NCBI RefSeq assembly: GCF_018977255.1
Contig: NW_024704743.1
Coordinates: 35,032,001 to 35,096,000, forward strand
Source: Callorhinchus milii
Lineage: Eukaryota
Direction: 5' to 3'
DNA length: 64,000 bases
Shown here: positions 49,893 to 59,400 of the stretch, in pieces
How the letters are laid out: each line of letters begins with the position of its first letter
Position numbering within the stretch: position 1 is the stretch's first letter
Notes under the pieces: generated by a model
Told to the model about the DNA's origin: nothing
The model's database searches: none
What the model saw: only the letters and a program-made list of their open reading frames with translations
Program-made: the position numbers and the translations under genes

Positions 49893-50714
49893 CTGTTGGT
49901 GAGTAAAAATACTGAACTTTAAATCCAAAAACTGACCTCATTTCAGTCATGTCTAAGATGGTAAGCACAGTACTTTTGTAGCTTATCCATTAGGGCTTTG
50001 GCTCACAGGGGGGAGGACAAGTCAACCCACCCAAGTATGTAGACTTGCGGTGCTCATTTCAGCTCCACTTACATCCCCCCTCCCCCAAGCCCAGAAGAAC
50101 TGTTGTCAACCCAGCCCCCTCTCCTTGGACCCAGGAGAGAGAGGAAATGGGGGAGGGGGAAGAAGAAAGAACTTTGCTCTTAATTCACTGTGTCAGTGAC
50201 ATGTATTGGTCAATATTAGGCAGTGTCTGTCAGTCATTTGAGATCTTGCTCTGCATGACACTGAAGTATATCTTTTGATTCCCACTGCTTGCTCAGCCGT
50301 TGACATTGCGGCGTGCAGCTGTGGTGAAAAAGTCAAACAAGGTACCCAGGTTGCAGACTGCAAATCCAAAAGGATAATGTTAGTCTAGAAAACACCAGCC
50401 TAGCTCCGGGCCAGAAGCTTGTTGGTTCATGTTCGAGCCCTATGTCAGGACTCTGAGCTCAAAAGCTGACACTTGGGTACAGTAGTGGAGGAGTACTGCA
50501 TTGTCACTATATTTACACATTACAGATTCTTCTTCCTATAAACTATCCATGACAGAATTAATGTAAAACCCTTTAATACATTTTAACGTGATGAGGTGCT
50601 GTCAAAAATACAAATTATTTCTGACTGGTTAAGCCCCATCTGGAACACTGTGAACCTAGGGGAGCGTTATGATGGTCTTTAGAGAATACAGGCCGGTTCA
50701 TTCACTAAACTCAC

Positions 50715-50919
50715 CAATTCACGTGGCTGAAGATACCACCGAGCCAGTCAAACAACTCCTCAGACCCACAGGATTCCCCCAACTTCCCTTCCATTTCATT
50801 ACTCAGCAGAACAGGACAATCAGTGTCCTTTACTACCCTGACAGACACTGTTGGCCGATGAACCTTGCACTGGTACTTCATGAAATAAGACTGCAAATTG
50901 ACACCTTCTCCATCTGGAT
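50715..50919 (-). CDS. RPP40: RPP40 exon 6
   Basis: tctttaag acceptor, TG|gtgagt donor. (D)PDGEGVNLQSYFMKYQCKVHRPTVSVRVVKDTDCPVLLSNEMEGKLGESCGSEELFDWLGGIFSHVN(C). Confidence 0.93.
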
Positions 50920-51696
50920 CTTAAAGAAATAAAACATAAATGTGATTAGAATCACATTTCTTCAAATTAACTTGTATATATAAAACACAGGATACTGTGG
51001 GAACGACTTTTCAGTCCATAAGCAGCCATAATGTCCATTTCACCTATTAGCATAAAAAGAAGCCACTGAATTTGTCTTAAGATGTCACACAATCATGTTT
51101 CAAAAACCTTTGAAGGTATCACTTTCCACCACATCCCCAAATCAAATTTCAAACCTGCCAATTAATGCCCCACATGCACAGAATGACTTGTGCAGTTAGG
51201 ACCACCCATGGTTAGTATTTGCTGGTAGGATCAGGTACATGTCTCCATCTCCAGACCTGCCTGGAGAACCACTCCATATCTGTATGGGTATCTCCAGGAG
51301 CCGTGTCAACCTAGTGAGACCTTGGTTACTGCCCCTCACCCCACAAGGATATTTCTAGGACCTTTTATAAAATAAACTCAAAGAGAACAAGGGCTAAGTG
51401 AACTGGATTTCAACCCAGAACTTTCCAGCTCCAGCATAAAAATATACATGGTCAGGAAAGATCATTGTGCTCCACCTGGCCTGTCATAATGTTTGATAAA
51501 TACAACTCATAGTTTCCTATTGTACCTCTTAAATCTCTTCTTTTGCTAAAATAGGAAGATTTTACTGACTGACAGTAAGCATCATTCTTTGAACTTAAGT
51601 TCTACATTGTTCAAAAGTAAAAAGTAATGTGCTGAATTGACAAGCATTGAAGCCTGTGTGAATCTCTGCTCCATCTCTGCTGATGAATCCTCTTAC

Positions 51697-51822
51697 CTGT
51701 GGGCTGCCAGGCCATCAGAAAGTCAAATGTTAGAGGCTTTTTCTCCTTCAGTGCCCACATTACTCGGTTGTATCTCTTTTTACCAGGAACAAAATTGGCA
51801 TCACTCAGGTCAACAGTAATAA
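51697..51822 (-). CDS. RPP40: RPP40 exon 5
   Basis: tttgcag acceptor, G|gtaaga donor. (I)ITVDLSDANFVPGKKRYNRVMWALKEKKPLTFDFLMAWQPT(D). Confidence 0.95.
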
Positions 51823-53748
51823 CTGCAAAATATACAGAATGATGTTAGGAACCCCAGAAGTGAATTCCAGGATGATTTGCAGAGAATGAAAATAACAGGC
51901 TCCAATAGCAAACAGACAGAAACAAGGCCCATGCACACAGGATTATTATTAGAAGCAAAAAAGGGGTTGGAAGAAATTATTTTACAAAGTTTTCTTAGAA
52001 TCTCAATCATGTTACCAGGTGTAGCTATTGAGGCCGAGTGAATTGAGACATTTAACAAGGGAACTGGAGAAGAAAGAATGATCAGCTAAGGTTCCAGCTC
52101 CTAATGCTATTATTATTGATTCCTGCCAAAAAATTGAGTGAGGACCGCAGTGGGTTCGTGCTCGCCTACATGGGTGACTACCCAGCCTATTCTTGGTGTT
52201 TAGTCTCACACATGAAGAGCCACATGGGTTAGCTACCTCAGAGCTAGATTCCAGCACAAGTCAGACCTTGAAGAGTGTTTGAGTGTGGCAGGGGTGGAAC
52301 AGGGGGAGAAAGAGAGGTACTAGAGTTGTTGAAGTTATAAAAGTCAATATTTAACTGTGAAAATTCTGAACAACCTAACAGTCATCTTCCAAATCACCAC
52401 ATCAGGTCAGTGTGCAGCGCCACATTCAGAGTTTTTTTTGCCCAAAGTTAATATTAACAGGTACTTTTCAATTTTGAACAAGGAGTGGATCTCCTGCAGG
52501 ATCTCCCAGTACATGTTTCCAGTCAAGTATCAGCAGCACAGGGAAAGCATGTTCAGTGCTCAGATGCTGGCATCACAAGTCAACAATTATAATAATAATA
52601 GTCATAATAATCTTTGCATTTGATAAAGCACCTTTTACATCAGGGTGACATCTCAAATTGACATCTCAAGTTACTGCAAGGTATAGTGATTGCGTATTTT
52701 GAAGGGAGCAGCTAACTTGTGCATTGCAAAATCTCACGATCAGCTATGAAGTGAGTGACCAATTTTATCTAAATCTTTTCAAGAGCGCTTGCTGCACTTG
52801 CTCACGTACCAAACCCGTGGCAACAAACCGTACACAAAATCAGATTACTCCTTCCACTCCTGCCATAAAGGCACTTCCTTATCTCCTCCAAGTACTCAGA
52901 CTTCAGGTCCAAAAACCGTTAAGCATTCTCCAAAGTAAAGAGAGTAAATCCACACACTGAACAACCCAAATCAATCTATTTGAAAAATGTCTCCTCTTAA
53001 TATTTCTAAATAGTTCTGACTTGTATGAAGGCTGAGGGGAGGAAAGGAACATATTCATTTCACGAGGGGATTCTTTTCTCTTCACCCACAACTTTCGACA
53101 AATATAACTACACGGTTATGTTAGTGTAGAATATGTGAACACAGGCAGAAAAAATCCGAAAGAAGGAAAAACTGCTTTATTTTTCTTCTGACAATTCTCT
53201 CCCCTCCTCAAGATGTTCAACTCTTTTTTCCCCTTAAAGTACAGCTTCAACAACAACAACTTGAATTTATACAGTGCCCTTCATGCAGGTAGCATCATCT
53301 CAGTGTTTCAAGGGCACTACGCAGCAGCTGGACCTCACGCAAGTGGCAGTTATTCTTGTGATAACCTTGACAGTGATCTTCCAGTGGGGTCTTTAGTTAG
53401 TGGTCAGGAGCAAGAGTCCTGGCAACCTACCTTCCCGTCCCTAACCCGGGGTGCCTGCCGCCGGTCTGATTGCTGTTCAGCCTCCACTAGAAAGTGTGTG
53501 TGCATGAACGCCAATAATTGTGCCCCCAACTGAGATAAGCTGACAGCACAGTCCCAACATTTGAAACTGCCACATTCCCTTTAAATCCACTGGAGGTTTT
53601 TCTCTCCACATCCATTCAAATCTAACTAAAAGGAAGACAAAGGAAACGGAAGCAAAAGCCCAACAATCAGTCAGCTGTGGAGCACCTGTGAATGTGGATG
53701 ATTCAGTGCTCTGGGAGGGTGTAAACGAAATGAATGGTTTGTACCTAC

Positions 53749-53844
53749 TGTGTCTCATCGTCTTCCTGTGTGAATACTGCGAGGGTCGTCCTTCCAGCCC
53801 AAGCTCTTCATACGTATCCTTGTCAACGGATAAAATTAACTTTC
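53749..53844 (-). CDS. RPP40: RPP40 exon 4
   Basis: ttcacag acceptor, A|gtaggt donor. (G)KLILSVDKDTYEELGLEGRPSQYSHRKTMRH(I). Confidence 0.95.
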
Positions 53845-54232
53845 CTGTGAAAATGCAACAGTCCTGTAACAGCGACTATATTGATATTTTAATTTCAATC
53901 CTCAGAGGATTATTTTTCACTTAGTTTCTCATCACCAATAAAGAGTATTCTGGGTTCACTATCAGACGATGAGATCGAAGATGGCAGTCAACAGTTTTGA
54001 AAATAAACTTCAGATCAAACTACTGTGCCAAAATCACATGTTGGATTGGAATTTGCAATCAGTGGATAGATCATGATTTGGTTTAAGGAATAGGAAGGAA
54101 TATTGCAATTTGGCCCCAGTAATATTATAAACTCAATGAACATCAACTATTAGTTATAGAGAAGTGAGAGGGAAAGGGAGGAAGTTGGTACATCCTCTTA
54201 AATGATGAGAAAGAATGAAGACATTTACTTAC

Positions 54233-54301
54233 CTGTCGGCAGTAGAGCTATTGTGTTGTTCTGGTCTATTCTGGTGTTGTAGGAGAGTGCGTAAATTCCC
54301 C
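54233..54301 (-). CDS. RPP40: RPP40 exon 3
   Basis: ttttcag acceptor, G|gtaagt donor. (G)GIYALSYNTRIDQNNTIALLPT(G). Confidence 0.95.
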
Positions 54302-54429
54302 CTGAAAACATGAAATGTTTGCAAAACTCACCACATTGGATATTTACAACTAAGAAAGATATTGTCGATAATGGCTAAGTGTAAAGGAATAATCATTGTG
54401 CGTACAATCAGTGGGGTTTTGTGTGTAAG

Positions 54430-54835
54430 GTTGACTCAGTGGGAGCATCTCACCTCTCAGTCAGAAGTTTGTGGGTTCAAACTCCATGTTGAACCCCATA
54501 TCATCTAAGCTGACACTCCAGCACTGTGCTGCACTGTTTGAGATGTCATCTTCAGATAAGATGGTAAACCGAGGTTTTGTCAGCCAGTTCAAATGAGCGT
54601 TAAAGATCCTATGGCAGTATTCAGAAAGCTAAGGGAGTTTCTACTGGTGTCCTGGCCAATAATCCTACAAATAAAATTGGTCAACTCCATGGGAGTTTGT
54701 AGGACATTGCTGTGCACAAATTTGGCCGCCACATTCATCCACAAAATACAGTCACTCCATCTTAGACTATATCCTGTGAAGCGCTTTGGAACTTTCTCCT
54801 GATGTGAAAGGCGCCATCCCAAATGCAAGGATTAT
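54430..54835 (+). mobile_element. Deu-domain SINE. Other copies at ~4820-5120(+), 19500-19790(-), 25120-25470(+), 42655-42810(-), 44636-44945(+), 59630-59835(-), 61100-61350(+), 62780-62935(-)
   Basis: tRNA-like head (ctctcagtcagaagtttgtgggttcaa) plus cttcagatgagacgttaaaccgagg...taaagatcccatggcactatt...ggtgtcctggccaa-type core, recognised as the DeuSINE conserved domain. Confidence 0.75.
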
Positions 54836-54854
54836 TGTCATTGTTGTTATTACA

Positions 54855-55125
54855 GTTTAAAACAACAACAAAATTACATTTGTATTAGTTTTAGTTTCAC
54901 GATGGGAGGACGTCCCAAGGCGCTGGACAATCAGCGTTTCGGATCCGAGCTGGGGGTCGGGATCGGGGAGGGTGGAGGGCAGGGGGGGGAAGGAGGGTGA
55001 CCTAAGGCACGGTTGAAGAGGAAGGTCTGGGAGGGGGCGAGGCAGAGGGACTGCGGGATGGAGTTCCAGAGTATGAGGCAGAGTGGCTGAAGGCCCGCCA
55101 GCCAATGGTGGGGCGGGCGAGGTGA
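54855..55125 (-). mobile_element. L2 3' fragment
   Basis: Near-identical to 845-1130 with an internal deletion. Confidence 0.9.
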
Positions 55126-55187
55126 GGGAATGTGAAAATTTCTAAATGTTTTTAATGATAGATCAGTCAGATCAATGATACTGGCTG

Positions 55188-55737
55188 TTATATATGAATG
55201 GATGTTAGTTTTCTTAGTATGTTTAAAATTCCTAAAATAGCTACTTTTTGCAGGAGATTAATATTTTGTTCACCAGGTATTTTGTCAAGCCATTTCTGAA
55301 TAGTCTTAACAGTCCCAGTTGCACCGATGATCGTAGGAATTATGCTTTACACTGCCATATATGTCCGGATTCAATTTGTAGATAGTTATATTTCCTGATC
55401 TTCTCTAGTTCCTTATTTTGCATGTTGTAATCACTTGGGATAGACACATCAATAATACTTTATGTACAATCCATTCGGCTATTTATGATAATATCTGGTT
55501 TGTTACAGATTACTGTTCTATCTGTACATACTTGTGAGTCCCAGATTATTGTGATATTATTTTTCTGTGTCACTTTTGCTGGTTGATGTTCATGCAAGTT
55601 AGTCTTTACACCAATATCAGTGTTTACAAGTTATCCAGTGAATATATTTAGCTGCATTGTTATGTTGAATCAGACCTTGGATTGTCCTGGGGCTGGACAT
55701 GATGACAATATGTGGTCTAATATTTCTGGTGCTGATG
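55188..55737 (-). mobile_element. R4/Dong-clade (RLE-type) non-LTR retrotransposon, C-terminal fragment
   Basis: Manual multi-frame translation: EILDHILSSCP / QHNNAAKYIHW / HEHQPAKV..IIWD..TDRTV.CNKPDII..IIDVSIPSD.NMQNKELEKIRKY / IIPTIIGATG / LQKVAILGILNILRK..stop. This is a zinc-knuckle remnant plus a PD-(D/E)XK restriction-like endonuclease. Confidence 0.88.
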
Positions 55738-55756
55738 TAAATATTATTTACATAGT

Positions 55757-56032
55757 AATAATAATAATCCTTGAATTTGATATAGCGTTTTCACGACTTC
55801 TCAAAAAGCTTCACAGAATATACTGTAAAGTGAATTGACTGCATTTTTGTGCGCGAAATGCAGCAGAGGATGACCCACAAACAGTCATGGATGAAGTGAC
55901 CAATTTATTGTTTCTTTTTCTTGAGGGATTATTAGGCGTGTGGAGTAAGGAAACTTGCCCAAGGTTTCGCTCTGCCAGGAATTGAACCCACGTCTCTCGC
56001 TTGTGAGGCGAATGTTCTAACCACTGAGCTAC
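55757..56032 (-). mobile_element. tRNA-derived SINE (Val-like anticodon arm variant)
   Basis: Same body and tail; head reads TGTAGCTCAGTGGTTAGAACATTCGCCTCACAAGCGAG. Confidence 0.88.
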
Positions 56033-56118
56033 AATAATAGATTGTTAGTAATAATTATTGTTATTATTATCATTATTTTTATGTTATTATTGATTGTTAT
56101 TATTATTGTAATTATTAC

Positions 56119-56263
56119 CTTTCTTAACAAACGTGTTGATGAACTCAAACTCAATCATTTCATAAACCGGTAATGTCTTCACCAGATAATAGTCTCCTAA
56201 ACCTCTGGTTAAGGCATCGACTCCCGGAGGAAGCAACCCACATTCTGGGATTAAAATGGAGAC
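56119..56263 (-). CDS. RPP40: RPP40 exon 2
   Basis: catag acceptor, G|gtaata donor. VSILIPECGLLPPGVDALTRGLGDYYLVKTLPVYEMIEFEFINTFVKK(G). Confidence 0.95.
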
Positions 56264-56850
56264 CTATGTCAGAGCGGAAAAGAAACAGGAGTGAAAATCA
56301 CAAGATTAAAAGGATATAAAATGAATTGCATTTATTAGTAGATTCTTCTAAAAACTATGTTATGATGCAGGACACAAGTAAATATTCTGGAATATACTTA
56401 AAATGTCTGCCACCACTGTTGGATTTTGTAGCTCGGTCAATAACAATAGCAGATTGGCTGATTTCCCCCTCTCTAACCCTGAGGACTGTGCAGTCCTGGC
56501 CGGGAGCAGCAAATTCAACACAGACTGGATCTCAAACCAACAAGCTCCTGGTCTGTAAAATGCAGCTCGGCATCATCAGGGATGCCCAACTGTCCCTATT
56601 TATATATAAGTGATAAAATACCCAGGAAAACAGTCACAGACGTTAGAGAAAACACATGAAGAAGAATGATAGTAACAATGCATATCTGAACAAGCAGAAA
56701 TAATCCATTTAAAATGTATTGTGCTCAATTAAATCTGTACTAAGATTATCAAACCCTGACTTCAGGAGTAGTTTAGGTTAATAATAATATAATAAGTGAA
56801 AAAGTATAAAACCAGCGAGGCAAGGGCGACAGGTACTGTCCTGGACCTGC

Positions 56851-58055
56851 TCTCACCTGTCACTCACTCCCAGCTCTGCTCTCACCTGTCACTCACTCCC
56901 AGCCCCGCCCCCCTTGTCACTCACTCCCAGCCCCGCCCCCCTTGTCACTCACTCCCAGCCCCGCCCCCACTTGTCACTCACTCCCAGCCCCACCCCCCTT
57001 GTCACTCACTCCCAGCCCCGCCCCCGCTTGTCACTCACTCCCAGCCCCGCCCCCGCTTGTCACTCACTCCCAGCCCCGCCCCCCTTGTCACTCACTCCCA
57101 GCCCCGCCCCCTTGTCACTCACTCCCAGCCCCGCCCCCACTTGTCACTCACTCCCAACCCTCACTTGTCACACTCCCAGTCCCGCCCCGCTTGTCACTCA
57201 CTCCCAGCCCCGCCCCCACTTGTCACTCACTCCCAGCCCCGCCCCCTTGTCACTCACTCCCAGCCCCGCCCCCTTGTCACTCACTCCCAGCCCCGCCCCT
57301 TGTCACTCACTCCCAGCCCCGCCCCCCTTGTCACTCACTCCCAGCCCCGCCCCCACTTGTCACTCACTCCCAACCCTCACTTGTCACACTCCCAGCCCCG
57401 CCCCCGCTTGTCACTCACTCCCAGCCCCGCCCCCTTGTCACTCACTCCCAGCCCCGCCCCCGCTTGTCACTCACTCCCAGCCCCACCCCCCTTGTCACTC
57501 ACTCCCAGCCCCGCCCCCGCTTGTCACTCACTCCCAGCCCCGCCCCCGCTTGTCACTCACTCCCAGCCCCGCCCCCTTGTCACTCACTCCCAGCCCCGCC
57601 CCCTTGTCACTCACTCCCAGCCCCGCCCCCACTTGTCACTCACTCCCAACCCTCACTTGTCACACTCCCAGCCCCGCCCCCACTTGTCACTCACTCCCAG
57701 TCACTTGTCACTCACTCCCAGCCCCGCCCCCTTGTCACTCACTCCCAGCCCCGCCCCCTTGTCACTCACTCCCAGCCCCGCCCCCCTTGTCACTCACTCC
57801 CAGCCCCGCCCCCACTTGTCACTCACTCCCAACCCTCACTTGTCACACTCCCAGCCCCGCCCCCGCTTGTCACTCACTCCCAGCCCCGCCCCCACTTGTC
57901 ACTCACTCCCAGTCACTTGTCACTCACTCCCAGTCCCGCCCCCGCTTGTCACTCACTCCCAGCCCCGCCCCCCTACTTGTCACTCACTCCCAGCCCCGTC
58001 CCTTGTCACTCACTCCCAGCCCCGCCCCCCTTGTCACTCACTCCCAGCCCCGCCC
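56851..58055. repeat. Minisatellite, 27-29-bp unit TTGTCACTCACTCCCAGCCCCGCCCCC, ~40-45 copies, in RPP40 intron 1
   Basis: Directly visible; accounts for the three overlapping 380-435 aa repetitive ORFs. Confidence 0.98.
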
Positions 58056-58063
58056 TGACTGAC

Positions 58064-58180
58064 CTGACAGTTGTAGTGATGGCCGGTCACTTGCTGGCGG
58101 TGGCGGGAGCTGCGGTTCTGGAAGTTAGATTTCTCACACACCAGGAGCCGCCGCGCGCACGTCTCCAGCTCTCGCAACAT
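58064..58180 (-). CDS. RPP40: RPP40 exon 1 (RNase P/MRP subunit p40)
   Basis: ATG at 58180; MLRELETCARRLLVCEKSNFQNRSSRHRQQVTGHHYNCQ, matching the LLVCEKSNF..SRH..HYYN N-terminus of RPP40; CAG|gtcagt donor; CpG-rich context. Confidence 0.93.
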
Positions 58181-58400
58181 CCCCACGTGCCGCCGCCTCT
58201 CCTGCTCGTCTGCCCGCGCCACAGCCCAGCGTCACTTCCTGCCTTGTAGCCCCGCCCCCCGGCGCTTTGCGGGAGCTGTTGGGCGGCGCCACCTGGAGGC
58301 TGGAGGAGCGCGGCACAGGCCGCAGTACAGCACAGGCAGCAGGTTGGGTGCACTGACGCCCAATTGGGCGGGTTTTGTTCTGGCTTTGGGCGATGCCCAG
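58181..58400 (-). promoter_or_regulatory. RPP40 CpG-rich promoter / 5' UTR
   Basis: High CpG density. CAGGAAGTGACGC (ETS + half-CRE) on - strand at ~58229-58241; GC box at ~58250-58260; perfect palindrome CGCCCAATTGGGCG (two CCAAT boxes) at 58357-58370. Confidence 0.75.
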
Positions 58401-58467
58401 TTTTTAATTTAATTTAAACCATCAAATAGTTCTTCTCCTTTGAACACCTTTTCTTACAGTTTCAAAA

Positions 58468-59400
58468 GCACAACAACAAATTGCATCATGTCAGGACGGC
58501 GGGGCCGGGAGGGTGGGGTAGGAGGGCGGGGTAGGAGGGCGGGGCCGGGAGGGTGGGGTAGGAGGGCGGGGTAGGAGGGCGGGGCCGGGAGGGTGGGGTA
58601 GGAGGGCGGGGTAGGAGGGCGGGGCCGGGAGGGTGGGGTAGGAGGGCGGGGTAGGAGGGCGGGGCCGGGAGGGTGGGGTAGGAGGGCGGGGTAGGAGGGC
58701 GGGGCCGGGAGGGTGGGGTAGGAGGGCGGGGTAGGAGGGCGGGGCCGGGAGGGTGGGGTAGGAGGGCGGGGTAGGAGGGCGGGGCCGGGAGTGCGGGGTA
58801 GGAGGGCGGGGCCGGGAGTGCGGGGTAGGAGGGCGGGGCCGGGAGGGCGGGGTAGGGGGGGGTAGGAGAGTGGCCGAAGGAGCGGTAGGGTTGGGTTTTG
58901 ATACGCGCCTTGAAGAAGGCGAGGGAGGGAGTGAGGTGAAGGGAATGTGAGATGGAGGTCCAGAGGGCGAGGACAGAGAGGATTAAGACCGGCTGCCGAT
59001 GGTGGGACGGACGGGGGACATGGAACAGGCTGGAACCTGCGGAGTGGAGGGAGTGGACAGGACGATATGGGGTCAGCAGCTCCAGAGTTAGGGAGGGGGC
59101 GAGGCCATGGAGGGCCTTGAAGGTGAGGACCAGGATTTTGAACTCTCGCCGCTGGGGGATGGGGAGCGGTGTTGTCGGGCGAGGCTGGGGGTGATATGGT
59201 CACGGAGCCTGGGGCGGGAAAGGACTCGAGCTGCATAGTTCTGGCTGATTAGCAGCTTGTGGAGGGAAGAGTTAGGAAAGCCAACAAGCGTTGGTGTAGT
59301 TGAGCCCAGATGTGATGAACACATGGGTGAGGGGTTCGCTGACCTGAGTGGTGAGGCAGTAGCGGAGGTGGGGGAAGGCAGAGCGTGTCATGGCACTGAC
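58468..59400 (-). mobile_element. L2 3' fragment carrying an internal G-rich minisatellite expansion
   Basis: acaacaacaaattgcat tail at ~58470; L2 body 58870-59400 (LVGFPNSSLHKLLISQNYAARVL). Confidence 0.85.
58497..58866. repeat. G-rich minisatellite, 40-bp unit GGGGCCGGGAGGGTGGGGTAGGAGGGCGGGGTAGGAGGGC
   Basis: Seven perfect copies at 58501-58780, then degenerate 13-14-nt subunits. Confidence 0.98.

Noticed and set aside
58181..58222. N-terminal extension of RPP40 (MARADEQERRRHVG) in the ORF track
   Set aside because: It starts at a non-ATG codon; the ATG at 58180 matches the expected RPP40 N-terminus and total length.
56796..58249. Three long ORFs (420, 382, 435 aa)
   Set aside because: Translations of a stop-free minisatellite in all three frames, antisense to RPP40 intron 1/exon 1; no evidence of coding function.
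58454..59236. 260-aa proline-rich ORF
   Set aside because: Out-of-frame L2 sequence plus the 40-bp minisatellite.
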